Assembly: GCA_009694135.1 (NCBI GenBank)
Contig: SHVS01000009.1
Span: 5,319-69,318, forward strand
Source: Alphaproteobacteria bacterium
Lineage (GTDB): Bacteria; Pseudomonadota; Alphaproteobacteria; UBA6615
Length of the DNA: 64,000 bases
Direction of reading: 5' to 3'
Each line of letters starts with the position of its first letter. Within the stretch, counting starts at the first letter, position 1. Position numbers and translations under genes: made by a program. Positions 10,381 to 19,639 of the stretch are shown here, piece after piece. Below the pieces are notes generated by a model. The model saw only the letters and a program-made list of their open reading frames with translations, did not search any database and was not told the origin of the DNA.

Positions 10381-11687
10381 GCAACGCCGCGAGCGGGCTG
10401 TTCGATGCCCAGGCCCCGCGTCCGCTGGCCGATCGGCTCCGCCCGAAGAGCCTGGACGAGGTCGTCGGTCAGGACCATCTGCTTGCCCCCGATGGGCCGA
10501 TCGGGCGCATGCTGCGCCAGAAGCGGCTCGCGAGCCTGATCCTGTGGGGGCCGCCAGGCACCGGCAAGACCACCATCGCTCGGCTGCTGGCCGCGCATGT
10601 CGGGCTCGCCTTCGAACCGCTCTCGGCCGTGTTCGCCGGGGTCGCCGAGTTGCGCAAGGTGTTCGACCGCGCCAAGGATCGGCGCCATGGTGGGCAGGGG
10701 ACGCTGCTGTTCATCGATGAAATCCACCGCTTCAACCGCGCGCAGCAGGACGGGTTCCTGCCTTATGTCGAGGACGGCACGGTGACGCTGGTCGGCGCGA
10801 CCACCGAGAATCCGTCCTTCGAACTGAATGGCGCCTTATTGTCGCGCTGCCAGGTGGCGGTGCTCAAGCGCCTGGACGATGCGGCGCTCGATGCGCTGCT
10901 GGCGCGCGCCGAGCGCGTCTCCGGCCACCCGCTGCCGCTCGAGGCCGAAGCGCGCCAGGTGCTCAAGGCGATGGCCGATGGCGATGGGCGCTATTTACTC
11001 AACCTGGTCGAGGAACTGTGCCTTCTGCCGGCGGATACGAAGCCGCTCGACGCTCAAGCGCTTGCCCGCGCGGTCGGGCAACGTGCGCCGCTTTATGATC
11101 GCAACCGCGAGGAGCATTTCAATCTCATCAGCGCGCTGCACAAATCGGTGCGCGGTTCCGATCCCGATGCGGCGCTCTATTGGCTCGCGCGCATGCTCGC
11201 CGGCGGCGAGGAGCCGCGTTACATCGCCCGACGGATGGTGCGCATGGCGGTCGAGGATGTCGGACTCGCGGAGCCGGATGCGCTCCCCCAGGCGCTCGCC
11301 GCGTGGGAGACCTATGAGCGGCTCGGCTCGCCCGAGGGCGAACTCGCGCTCGCCCAATGCGTGTTGTTTCTCGCCGCCGCGCCCAAGTCGAATGCCGCCT
11401 ATTCCGCTTTTGGCGCCGCGAGCGCGGCCGCGCGCGAGACCGGCTCACTGATGCCGCCGCGCCATATCCTGAATGCGCCCACGCGGATGATGCGCGAGCT
11501 GGGCTACGGCAAAGGTTATGCCTATGACCACGATGCCGAGGACGCGTTCTCCGGCCAGAATTACTTCCCCGAAGGCATGGAGCGGCGCAAATTTTACCGG
11601 CCGAGCGAGCGCGGCTTCGAAGCCGAGTTGAGCGCGCGGCTGCAACGCTTCGCCGCGCTGCGCGCGGCGCGCCAGGACAAGAGTTAG
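10377..11687 (+). CDS. rarA: Replication-associated recombination protein A (AAA+ ATPase RarA/MgsA)
   Basis: 436-aa ORF with Walker A GPPGTGKTT, LFIDEIHRFN, and a MgsA C-terminal region. Confidence 0.93.
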   Translation: MSNAASGLFDAQAPRPLADRLRPKSLDEVVGQDHLLAPDGPIGRMLRQKRLASLILWGPPGTGKTTIARLLAAHVGLAFEPLSAVFAGVAELRKVFDRAKDRRHGGQGTLLFIDEIHRFNRAQQDGFLPYVEDGTVTLVGATTENPSFELNGALLSRCQVAVLKRLDDAALDALLARAERVSGHPLPLEAEARQVLKAMADGDGRYLLNLVEELCLLPADTKPLDAQALARAVGQRAPLYDRNREEHFNLISALHKSVRGSDPDAALYWLARMLAGGEEPRYIARRMVRMAVEDVGLAEPDALPQALAAWETYERLGSPEGELALAQCVLFLAAAPKSNAAYSAFGAASAAARETGSLMPPRHILNAPTRMMRELGYGKGYAYDHDAEDAFSGQNYFPEGMERRKFYRPSERGFEAELSARLQRFAALRAARQDKS

Positions 11688-11696
11688 GATCGACGC

Positions 11697-12071
11697 ATGC
11701 GACTTCTTCTTGCCATAGCGCTCGGCGGCGCGCTCGGGTCGGTTGCCCGCTATTTGCTCGGCGGCCAGATCGGCCAGTGGCTTGGCGCGGGTTTCCCCTG
11801 GGGAACGCTGGGAGTGAATGTTTTGGGCGGCTTGGCGATGGGCGTGATCGCGGCGGCTCTGGGGCAAAACAGCGCGCCGGAATTACGCGCCTTTTTGACC
11901 GTGGGCGTGATGGGCGGGTTTACCACCTTCTCGGCTTTCGCCTTCGATGTGGTCGCCTTGGTCGAGCGCGGGGCCGGGGTGCTGGCGGCGGTCTATATTG
12001 GCGCCTCGGTTGCGCTCGCCGTGCTCGGATTGGCGTTAGGCATGGCCGCCGTCCGTGCTCTCGCGGGCTAG
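11697..12071 (+). CDS. crcB: Fluoride ion channel CrcB/FluC
   Basis: 124-aa four-TM ORF (GGALGSVARY...GFPWGTLGVNVLG...GGFTTFSAF). Confidence 0.9.
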   Translation: MRLLLAIALGGALGSVARYLLGGQIGQWLGAGFPWGTLGVNVLGGLAMGVIAAALGQNSAPELRAFLTVGVMGGFTTFSAFAFDVVALVERGAGVLAAVYIGASVALAVLGLALGMAAVRALAG

Positions 12072-12140
12072 ACCCGGCCTTTTGCTTGGCTCCGCGTCGG
12101 GTTAAGCTGTCACTCGCCGCAGCGGAACTAACGAGACAGC

Positions 12141-12671
12141 GTGGATCGTGCCATGCGGATGCGCGCATTGCTTCTCGGCCTGGTAGGGGCAAGCGTCGTG
12201 GCCACGGCCAGCGCCGGACCGGAATTGGTGGACTTTCCGCAGGGCTGGGAGACCAGCTTTTCCTTGGCGGCGACCCGCGACATGCACCGCGGCGGCAAGA
12301 CGATCGCCGAAATCTTCGTCAATGCGACCGGAGTTACTAGCGGTCCGGGCGATGTTCCACTGGCGAGCGGAACGGTGATCGTGATGAAGCTTTATCGGGC
12401 GCGGATCGATGCCGGTGATCAGCTTGTCCGCGACGATGCCGGGCGGCTGGTTAAAGGCGACGCCACGGGCGCGCTGCTGGTGATGGAAAAGCGCTCCGGC
12501 TGGGGTGCGGACTACGGCGCAGTGCGCAACGGCGAGTGGGAATACGCGAGCTTCGGCATCGGCGGCGAACGGCGGCAGATCGAGAACAAGGGATGCCTCG
12601 AATGCCATGGCGCGCTCACGGAATTCGATTACGTCTTTACGCGCTATGAAATCGCCGAACTACGGCGTTAA
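12141..12671 (+). CDS. Cytochrome P460 / c'-beta family periplasmic haem protein
   Basis: 176-aa ORF with a signal peptide and a single C-terminal CxxCH (NKGCLECHG...FDYVFT), preceded by VMEKRSGWG...WEYASF. This pattern is typical of the P460 family. Start could be ATG 12153 or 12159. Confidence 0.6.
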   Translation: MDRAMRMRALLLGLVGASVVATASAGPELVDFPQGWETSFSLAATRDMHRGGKTIAEIFVNATGVTSGPGDVPLASGTVIVMKLYRARIDAGDQLVRDDAGRLVKGDATGALLVMEKRSGWGADYGAVRNGEWEYASFGIGGERRQIENKGCLECHGALTEFDYVFTRYEIAELRR

Positions 12672-12689
12672 CGAACACCGTCTCCGATT

Positions 12690-13751
12690 GTGAACGGCGC
12701 GGCGGTCAACAAAAGGTACAGGGTCATCGGACAGGATATGACGGAGGGCGCGGGACTGGCGGTGCAGCTGGTCGAAGTCAAGGCGGATGAAGCCGATCTG
12801 CGTCTCGATCGCTGGTTCAAGCGGCGCTACCCGGCGGTGTCATTTGGCAATCTGGCGCGCCTGTTGCGCACCGGACAAGTGCGGCTTGACGGCAAGCGGG
12901 TTGAGCCCGGCAAGCGTGTAAGCGCCGGCCAGATCGTGCGCATCCCGCCGATGGACTCAGTCGACATCGACACGACGCCGCGCGAATTTCGGCGCACCGA
13001 TGCGCGCGCGGAAGAAAAGCTCCGCGCCTCCGTGCTGTATCGCAACGACAATATTTTAGCGATCGACAAGCCGGCCGGTCTCGCGGTGCAGGGCGGCACC
13101 GGCACGGTGCAGCATCTCGACGCCATGCTCGATGCACTGCGCTTCGACGCCGAGGAACGGCCGCGGCTGGTGCATCGGCTGGACAAGGACACGAGCGGGG
13201 TCTTGCTGCTGGCGCGCACGGTCGGCGCGGCGCGCGAGCTGGGTGAAATGTTTCGCATCGGCCGCGCGCGCAAGACTTATTGGGCGCTGGTCGTCGGCGT
13301 GCCGCAGCCGTCGCACGGGCGCATCGAATTGCCGCTGTCGAAAAAGCTACACGCCGGGCGCGAGGCGATGATGGCCGGAGAGGACGATGGCCGTCCAGCG
13401 ATCACCACTTATGTCGTGATCGACTCCGCCGCGGACAGTGCCGCTTGGGTTGCGTTGCGGCCGCTGACCGGTCGCACGCATCAGCTGCGCGTGCATATGG
13501 CGGCGCATGGGACGCCGATCCTCGGCGACGGCAAATATGGCGGACAGAAGGCGTTTCTCGCCGGGTTCGGCAAGAAGCTGCATTTGCACGCTTGGTCGAT
13601 CGAGTTGCCGCAAGCCAAGGGCCGCTCGCTGCGCATCGAGGCGCCGCCGCCGCCGGAGATGGTCGAAGACCTCGAGCGGCTCGGCTTCTCCTATAAGGAC
13701 GGCGCGCGCGATCTGCGGCGCGAGCTTGGGCGCATGCTCGATGAACTCTAA
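12690..13751 (+). CDS. RluA-family 23S rRNA pseudouridine synthase (RluC/D-like, S4 domain)
   Basis: 353-aa ORF with an S4-like N-terminus (LDRWFKRRYP) and catalytic HRLDKDTSGVLLLA. Start uncertain; ATG 12738 is the alternative. Confidence 0.9.
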   Translation: MNGAAVNKRYRVIGQDMTEGAGLAVQLVEVKADEADLRLDRWFKRRYPAVSFGNLARLLRTGQVRLDGKRVEPGKRVSAGQIVRIPPMDSVDIDTTPREFRRTDARAEEKLRASVLYRNDNILAIDKPAGLAVQGGTGTVQHLDAMLDALRFDAEERPRLVHRLDKDTSGVLLLARTVGAARELGEMFRIGRARKTYWALVVGVPQPSHGRIELPLSKKLHAGREAMMAGEDDGRPAITTYVVIDSAADSAAWVALRPLTGRTHQLRVHMAAHGTPILGDGKYGGQKAFLAGFGKKLHLHAWSIELPQAKGRSLRIEAPPPPEMVEDLERLGFSYKDGARDLRRELGRMLDEL

Positions 13752-14421
13752 GCTCCGGCCGCGTCTGGTCGTGTTCGATTGCGATGGGACGCTGGTCGAT
13801 AGCCAGGCGACGATTCTGGCCTCGATGTCGGCGGCCTGGGCCGAGGCGGGGCTCGACGCACCCAGCCCGGAGCGCGTGCGCGCGATCATCGGCTTGTCGC
13901 TCGACGAGGCGATGCAGCGCTTGGCGGGCGACATCGCGCCGGAACGCGCGCGCGCGTTAGCGGACAATTACCGGCGCGCCTTCAAGGTCCGCTTGTCGCG
14001 CCCGGAGCACGAAGATCCGCTCTATCCGGCGGTGGTCGAGACCTTGGATGCGCTGACGCGCGCGCAAGTGGTGCTCGCCGTCGCCACCGGCAAGGGAAGT
14101 TCGGGATTGCGTGCGACGCTCGGTCAACACGGGCTGCTCGACCGCTTCGTCAGTTTGCAGACCGCCGACCGCGCGCGCGGCAAGCCGCATCCGGAAATGC
14201 TGCACAATGCCATGCGTGACGCCGACATCGGGCCGGAGCGCACGCTGATGGTCGGGGATACGGTGCATGACGTGCAGATGGCGGCCAATGCCGGCGTCGC
14301 GGCCATAGGCGTGAGCTGGGGCTATCATGCGGCCGAAGATCTGCGCGATGCCGGGGCGCGTGTCGTGATCGATAGCATGACAGCATTGCTGCCCGCGGTT
14401 GATCGCCTGTTGCCGCCGTGA
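13741..14421 (+). CDS. HAD-superfamily hydrolase (phosphoglycolate phosphatase-like)
   Basis: In frame 13507-14421, start moved to ATG 13741 (MNSKLRPRLVVFDCDGTLVDS). It also has a DxDx(T/V) motif and GDTVHDVQMA. Confidence 0.85.
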   Translation: MNSKLRPRLVVFDCDGTLVDSQATILASMSAAWAEAGLDAPSPERVRAIIGLSLDEAMQRLAGDIAPERARALADNYRRAFKVRLSRPEHEDPLYPAVVETLDALTRAQVVLAVATGKGSSGLRATLGQHGLLDRFVSLQTADRARGKPHPEMLHNAMRDADIGPERTLMVGDTVHDVQMAANAGVAAIGVSWGYHAAEDLRDAGARVVIDSMTALLPAVDRLLPP

Positions 14422-15128
14422 GTCGTGCGTTGCGCCGCGTCTATCGCCAGGCGCAGGCGGGCGAGGCGGCTGGCGGCTTCGACGTGCGGCTCGACGGCAA
14501 GCCGGTTCGCACGCCGCTGCGCGCGCCCCTGATCGTTCCAACGCAGGCGCTGGCCGCGGCGATCGCGGGCGAATGGGAGGCGCAGTCAAAAACGATTCGG
14601 CCGGAGACGATGCCGCTTACGCGCCTGGCCTCCACGACCATCGACCGCGTCGTGCCCGCGCCGGCGGCGGTGCTGGCGCAGGTGTTGCGCTACGCCGACA
14701 ACGACCTTCTGTGCCATCGCGCGCCTGGACCGAAGGCGCTTGTAGCCGCGCAGAGTGCGGCCTGGGACCCGCTGCTCGCCTGGGCGGCGGAGGCGATTGA
14801 CGCGCGGCTCGCCACCAGCACGGATTTGGGTCCCGTCGTGCAGCCGCCGGAAGCGCGCGCGGCGTTTGCGCGCGCGTTGGCAGCTCTCGACCCCTATCGC
14901 TTGGCGGCGGTGGGCGAGGCGGCGCTAGCCACCGGATCGCTGGTCATCGCGCTGGCCCTGGCGCGCGGGCGGCTCGATGCGGCGGGAGCCTTTTTGGCCA
15001 GCCATGTCGATGAGGACTTCCAGCGCGCGAGCTGGGGCGCGGAAGAGGACCAGGACCTGAGGCGTGCAACGTTGCGCGTGGCCCTCGATGGCGCCGAACG
15101 CTTTTTGCGGCTGATGGACCTGAGTTAG
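14418..15128 (+). CDS. ATP12-family F1-ATPase assembly chaperone
   Basis: 236-aa ORF (...FDVRLDGKPVRTPLRAPLIVPTQALAAAIAGEWEAQ...). It shows the usual alphaproteobacterial order, pseudouridine synthase, HAD hydrolase, then ATP12, with overlapping stops and starts. Confidence 0.8.
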   Translation: MSRALRRVYRQAQAGEAAGGFDVRLDGKPVRTPLRAPLIVPTQALAAAIAGEWEAQSKTIRPETMPLTRLASTTIDRVVPAPAAVLAQVLRYADNDLLCHRAPGPKALVAAQSAAWDPLLAWAAEAIDARLATSTDLGPVVQPPEARAAFARALAALDPYRLAAVGEAALATGSLVIALALARGRLDAAGAFLASHVDEDFQRASWGAEEDQDLRRATLRVALDGAERFLRLMDLS

Positions 15129-15172
15129 CTCGTCCTGGCCCGCAAAAGCGCGACACGCTAAAGAGCTTCGTC

Positions 15173-15472
15173 ATGACCGAGAAGCCGGAACCTAAGCCCA
15201 TCTCCGTCCGCATGCGCGTTTATGGCGAGGTGCAGGGCGTGTATTACCGCGGCTGGACCGTCGAGGCGGCGGCGCATTTCGGCGTGCGCGGCTGGGTGCG
15301 CAACCGCAAGGACGGCAGCGTGGAAATCCATGCCGAAGGTCCGGCTCCGGTGATCGAGCGGTTTTATTTTTCCTGCCACAAGGGCCCACCCTTGGCGCTG
15401 GTCGAATCGATTGAGCGCGCGGACAGCGAGTCCGAATCCCCGACCGGCTTCGAGCAGCGCGCGACGGTCTAG
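15173..15472 (+). CDS. acyP: Acylphosphatase
   Basis: 99-aa ORF containing [14 protein letters not shown]...[20 protein letters not shown]. Confidence 0.9.
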   Translation: MTEKPEPKPISVRMRVYGEVQGVYYRGWTVEAAAHFGVRGWVRNRKDGSVEIHAEGPAPVIERFYFSCHKGPPLALVESIERADSESESPTGFEQRATV

Positions 15473-16137
15473 CCGATAATCAGCTCGGAGCCGAAGGCGT
15501 CGGCGAATGTCGCCAGCAAGGCCGCGTCGAGCTCCGCCATCGTCGCCTCGTGGCCGCGCGCATGCAGGCTGGTCACGCCAAGTTCGCCCGGGGCGATGCC
15601 GCAAGGGACGATGCCGGCATAGCGCGCGAGGTCGGGGGCCAGATTGATCGCCACCCCGTGATAGCTCACCCAATGGCGCACACGGACACCGACCGCCGCG
15701 ATCTTGTCCTGACCCGAGGCCGGAGGTGGCCGGAGGAGCCAAACACCGATCTGGTCGGCGCGGCGCTCGCCCGCGACCCCTAACCGGGCCAGGGCGCGGA
15801 TCACCCAGTCTTCCAGCCGATGCACATGCGCGCGCAGATCGGGGCCGCGCTGGTGTAAGTCGAGCATCACATAGGCGATGCGCTGGCCGGGACCGTGATA
15901 GGTGAATTGCCCGCCGCGCCCGGTCTTGAACACCGGCAGCGCCTGGGGATCGAGCAGGTCCTGGTCACGGGCGCTGGTGCCGGCGGTATAAAGCGGTGGG
16001 TGTTCCAAGAACCAGACCAACTCGGGTGCTGCGCCTGCGCGGATCGCGGCGACACGCGCCTCCATCGCCGCTACGGTTTCGGGATAGGGCACCAGCCGGG
16101 TGGAAATTCGGCGAGCGATCGCTGGAAAATGGCTCAT
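15469..16137 (-). CDS. lipB: Octanoyltransferase (lipoate-protein ligase B)
   Basis: In frame 15469-16368, start moved to ATG 16137 ([10 protein letters not shown]...[17 protein letters not shown]...[14 protein letters not shown]), 222 aa. Confidence 0.9.
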   Translation of the reverse strand: MSHFPAIARRISTRLVPYPETVAAMEARVAAIRAGAAPELVWFLEHPPLYTAGTSARDQDLLDPQALPVFKTGRGGQFTYHGPGQRIAYVMLDLHQRGPDLRAHVHRLEDWVIRALARLGVAGERRADQIGVWLLRPPPASGQDKIAAVGVRVRHWVSYHGVAINLAPDLARYAGIVPCGIAPGELGVTSLHARGHEATMAELDAALLATFADAFGSELIIG

Positions 16138-16253
16138 TGGCGCGGAAATGCTTGCAAGCCGCCGAGTCCGGGCGTAGCAGCCGGAAAGGCAGCGAGCGCG
16201 CGGTCCGGTCGCGCGGCGGCCATTCGCGGGCCGAAGATCGAGGAGTCGCGCGC

Positions 16254-17684
16254 ATGAGCGTGTCGGATCCAGGGAACCGCCCGGACGAAATGCCCGAGGC
16301 TCCGATCGTCGGCGCCCCCGCCGCGGTGACGCCCCCGGCTGAATCCGGTGAACGTCGGTCGCCCGCACCCGCCGTCGCCGCCGCGCTGGCGGCCGGTGAC
16401 CGCGCGCGCGCCATAGAACTTTCCGTTCATTTGCACGCGGCCGATCTCGCCGACTTGTTGCAGGAGCTTTCGACCGAGGATCGCCAAACGCTGATCGGGC
16501 TGCTGCGCGAGCGCTTCGATCCTGACACCCTGGTCTATCTCAACGAAACGGTGCGCGAGGAGGTGCTCGCCCGCCTCGGCAGCGCCGAGGTCGCGGCGGC
16601 GGTCAGCGCGCTCGACAGCGACGACGCCGTCGATCTGGTCGGCGAGCTCGAACCGGATGCGCGCGCCGCGATCATGGCGCGGCTCGCGCCTTCCGATCGC
16701 GCGATCCTCGAGACCGCGCTCAGCTATCCCGAGGAGAGCGCCGGCCGCCTGATGCAGCGCGAGGTCGTGACCGTGCCCCCGCATTGGCGGGTGGGCGACG
16801 CGATCGATTATATGCGGGCGCGCGCGGAGCATCTGCCTCGCGATTTCTATGAAATTCACGTCGTCGACGAGCAGCGACGGCCAGTCGCCGTTGTGCCGCT
16901 CTCGCGGCTGATGCGCAACCGTCGCCTGACGCCGCTCACCGAAGTGATGCAGCGCAAGATGCGGCTGATTTCGGTCACCGCCGACCAGGAGGAGGTCGCC
17001 TATCAGTTCCGTCAATACGGCCTGGTCTCCGCGCCGGTGGTCGATGCCGAGGGGCGGCTCCTTGGCGCGATCACGGTCGACGACGTCGTCGAGGTGATTC
17101 AGGAGGAAGCGGAAGAGGATGTCTTGCGCCTCTCCGGCGTGCGCGAAGACGATTTCTATGCCGCCGTCGTCGACACCACGCGCGCGCGTTTTTCTTGGCT
17201 ATTCATCAATCTGTTGACCGCGATCCTGGCCTCGATTGTCATCGGCTTCTTCGAGGGCGTCATCGAAAAGGTCGTTGCGCTGGCGGTGTTGATGCCAATC
17301 GTCGCCTCGATGGGGGGCAACGCCGGCACTCAGACTCTGGCCGTCGCCGTGCGCGCGCTGGCGGTGAAGGAGCTGACCGCGACCAACGCAGCGCGCATCA
17401 TCGTCAAGGAAACGATCGTCGGCGGGATCAACGGGTTCCTGTTCGCGATCCTGATGGGCTTGGCCGCCTGGGCCTGGTTCGGCGCGCCAGTCCTCGGCGG
17501 CTTGATCGCGTCGGCGATGATCATCAACCTGCTTGCCGCCGGTTGCTGCGGCGTGCTCATCCCGGTGGTGCTCGATCGCTTTGGTGTCGATCCGGCGGTC
17601 GGCTCCGCGGTGGTGTTGACGACAGTCACCGACGTGGTCGGTTTCATGGCCTTCCTCGGCCTTGCCTCGCTCGTCTTACTGTAG
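16254..17684 (+). CDS. mgtE: Magnesium transporter MgtE
   Basis: In frame 15996-17684, start moved to ATG 16254. It has an MgtE N-domain, CBS pair and C-terminal TM domain ([14 protein letters not shown]...TTVTDVVGF). Confidence 0.93.
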   Translation: MSVSDPGNRPDEMPEAPIVGAPAAVTPPAESGERRSPAPAVAAALAAGDRARAIELSVHLHAADLADLLQELSTEDRQTLIGLLRERFDPDTLVYLNETVREEVLARLGSAEVAAAVSALDSDDAVDLVGELEPDARAAIMARLAPSDRAILETALSYPEESAGRLMQREVVTVPPHWRVGDAIDYMRARAEHLPRDFYEIHVVDEQRRPVAVVPLSRLMRNRRLTPLTEVMQRKMRLISVTADQEEVAYQFRQYGLVSAPVVDAEGRLLGAITVDDVVEVIQEEAEEDVLRLSGVREDDFYAAVVDTTRARFSWLFINLLTAILASIVIGFFEGVIEKVVALAVLMPIVASMGGNAGTQTLAVAVRALAVKELTATNAARIIVKETIVGGINGFLFAILMGLAAWAWFGAPVLGGLIASAMIINLLAAGCCGVLIPVVLDRFGVDPAVGSAVVLTTVTDVVGFMAFLGLASLVLL

Positions 17685-17687
17685 GCG

Positions 17688-18020
17688 TCAGCGCTCGAGA
17701 ATTTTCCGGCGCTCTTCGAATTCGTCCTTGTCGATTTCGCCGCGCGCGAAGCGCTCCTTGAGAATATCGACCGGATCGCGGCCGCGATGATGCTGCGGCG
17801 GCGCACCGGCCGGGCCGCGCACCAGCCAGACCGTGAGCGCGACGATGCCGCCAATGACAAACACCATGAACAGCGGCCCGAAGAAGCTCATGCCCCAGCC
17901 GCCATGCCAGCCATACATCATCCGATAGGGAGCGTCCTGGATGCGGATGGGCGCGTCCTGGGCGAGTGCCGGCGCCGCGGCGAATAACGCGAGCATAAGT
18001 CCGGTAGACAAGCGAAACAT
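17688..18020 (-). CDS. SHOCT-domain small membrane protein
   Basis: In frame 17688-18419, start moved to ATG 18020 (110 aa). It has a signal/TM region, a second TM, and a C-terminal SHOCT-like DILKERFARGEIDKDEFEERRKIL. Confidence 0.6.
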   Translation of the reverse strand: MFRLSTGLMLALFAAAPALAQDAPIRIQDAPYRMMYGWHGGWGMSFFGPLFMVFVIGGIVALTVWLVRGPAGAPPQHHRGRDPVDILKERFARGEIDKDEFEERRKILER

Positions 18021-18106
18021 GGTACACCTCGCAGCTGGTTCTGACGCCGCATTCGACCGGAATGCGCGGGCCTGGTCATTGATCTGGCGCAGGCGGCGGG
18101 TCATGG

Positions 18107-19606
18107 CTAGCCAGTGTAGGTGAGCGTCGTCGCCATGCCAACGGCTTGATGATACAGGTTCTGGCAGGCGAGCGGCCAATCGCCGGGATTGTCGGCATCG
18201 AACGCGATCGTGACTGAAGTGGCCGGCGGAATGAGCACAGTGTCGCGCAGCGCGCCGCCGATGCGCCGCCCATCGACCGCCACGATCTGAAACACATGCC
18301 CATGCAAATGCATCGGGTGCGCCATGTTGGTCGCGTTGCTGAAGGTGAGTTCGACCCGCTCGCCGCTGCGTACCGGCAATCGGCCCTTGGCGTCTCCGCT
18401 CGGCAAATCCAGGCGCCAACGATAGAAGCTGTGCTCGCCCGTCAGGCGAATGACATGCGTGCGTGTCGCCGGACGGGTCGCCAGCGACGATGTCGGAACG
18501 AGGCGCTGTTCGAGCGCAAGGTTTAACGCCGGAGCGTCAGCCTCGGCCCGTTCGGCGATGCGGCGCAACTCCGTCCCGCGCGTCGCCAAAATGATGCCGG
18601 TACGCGCTTTGTCGCCTTCGCGCCGCGCGAATAGCGGATAAACGCCGGCGCCGGCGGGCAAGGCCAGGCGGAGGTCGAACCGCTGGCCGATGGCCAGCGG
18701 GAACTGGCGGCCGGGAATCGGGACGACCGGCTGTCCATCCACCGCGATCACCCGTGCCTCGATCGCGCCCAGATCGATGACGAAATTGGTCGCCGCCGCA
18801 GCATTGATCAGGCGCAGGCGCACGCGCGCGCCCGGCTCGACGCGCACCACCTCGGGGTCGGCAAGTGTGCGATTATTCGCGAGGTAGGCATCGAAGGTCA
18901 CGTCGTTGAGGCGCACGCCGCTCGCGGCGGTCACGTTGCAACAGCCCGGTGCGGCCGGCGCGACTGGGACCGGCACCAGGTCCATGGCCGCGCCGCCGGC
19001 GGGCATTTGCGTCATGCCCGCGATGTCGGGCGGCAATTCGGGGTCGGCATGGCCTTGGCCGGCGACGCTGCCGAGCATCAATTCGCGCTGGATCTCACGC
19101 GGATCGCGGAAGGTGAAATCCTGCAGCAGCACGGTGACATCCTGCTCGTCGAGCCCGGCTTCGGCCGGATCGCGCACGATCAGCGGTGCGGCCAGCAGCC
19201 GTTGGAGCTGCAATCCGTGCCGCGCCTGCATCCAATGCGTTCCCGGGCGCGCGAGAATAAAATCGTAGTCGCGGCTTTGGCCGGGAGCGATCGGACGCGA
19301 AGACGGTCCTTGCGCGTTATCCTGTGCTGCCGGCGGCGTTAGCCCATGCCAGTGGAGCAGGGTTTCCTCCGGCAGCGCGTTGGCCAGGCGGATATTGAAC
19401 CGCTCGCCCGCTCGGAAGCTCCACGCGTTCGTGCGCGCGTCAACAAGGCCGAACATGCGCGCGGCGCGGCCGGCGACCTCGATCACGCGCGTATCGGCGA
19501 CGATGCGCACCTCGGGCTCGTCGGCGAAAACCCGCGGAACCGCGCCGAAACTGGCAGCGAGTGCGCTGCCTGCAAGAAGAAACCGCCGTCGGCTTAGCTC
19601 AGCCAT
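18107..19606 (-). CDS. Tat-exported multicopper-oxidase-family protein with degenerate trinuclear-cluster motifs
   Basis: 499-aa ORF with twin-arginine signal SRRRFLLAG. HWHG and HPMHLHGH are present, but motif 2 reads WMQARH and motif 4 reads LACQNLYHQAVGM. Confidence 0.85.
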   Translation of the reverse strand: MAELSRRRFLLAGSALAASFGAVPRVFADEPEVRIVADTRVIEVAGRAARMFGLVDARTNAWSFRAGERFNIRLANALPEETLLHWHGLTPPAAQDNAQGPSSRPIAPGQSRDYDFILARPGTHWMQARHGLQLQRLLAAPLIVRDPAEAGLDEQDVTVLLQDFTFRDPREIQRELMLGSVAGQGHADPELPPDIAGMTQMPAGGAAMDLVPVPVAPAAPGCCNVTAASGVRLNDVTFDAYLANNRTLADPEVVRVEPGARVRLRLINAAAATNFVIDLGAIEARVIAVDGQPVVPIPGRQFPLAIGQRFDLRLALPAGAGVYPLFARREGDKARTGIILATRGTELRRIAERAEADAPALNLALEQRLVPTSSLATRPATRTHVIRLTGEHSFYRWRLDLPSGDAKGRLPVRSGERVELTFSNATNMAHPMHLHGHVFQIVAVDGRRIGGALRDTVLIPPATSVTIAFDADNPGDWPLACQNLYHQAVGMATTLTYTG

Positions 19607-19639
19607 GCGTGTCTCGCACCTCCATCCCGTTGCGGAGCG

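Noticed and set aside
11688-11696. Looked for a fluoride riboswitch upstream of crcB.
   Set aside because: Only 9 nt separate the rarA stop from the crcB start, so there is no room for the element. crcB appears co-transcribed with rarA.
16138-16253. Looked for an Mg2+ (M-box) riboswitch upstream of mgtE.
   Set aside because: The 116-nt divergent spacer is shorter than an M-box. I saw none of its conserved helices. It most likely contains only the lipB and mgtE promoters.
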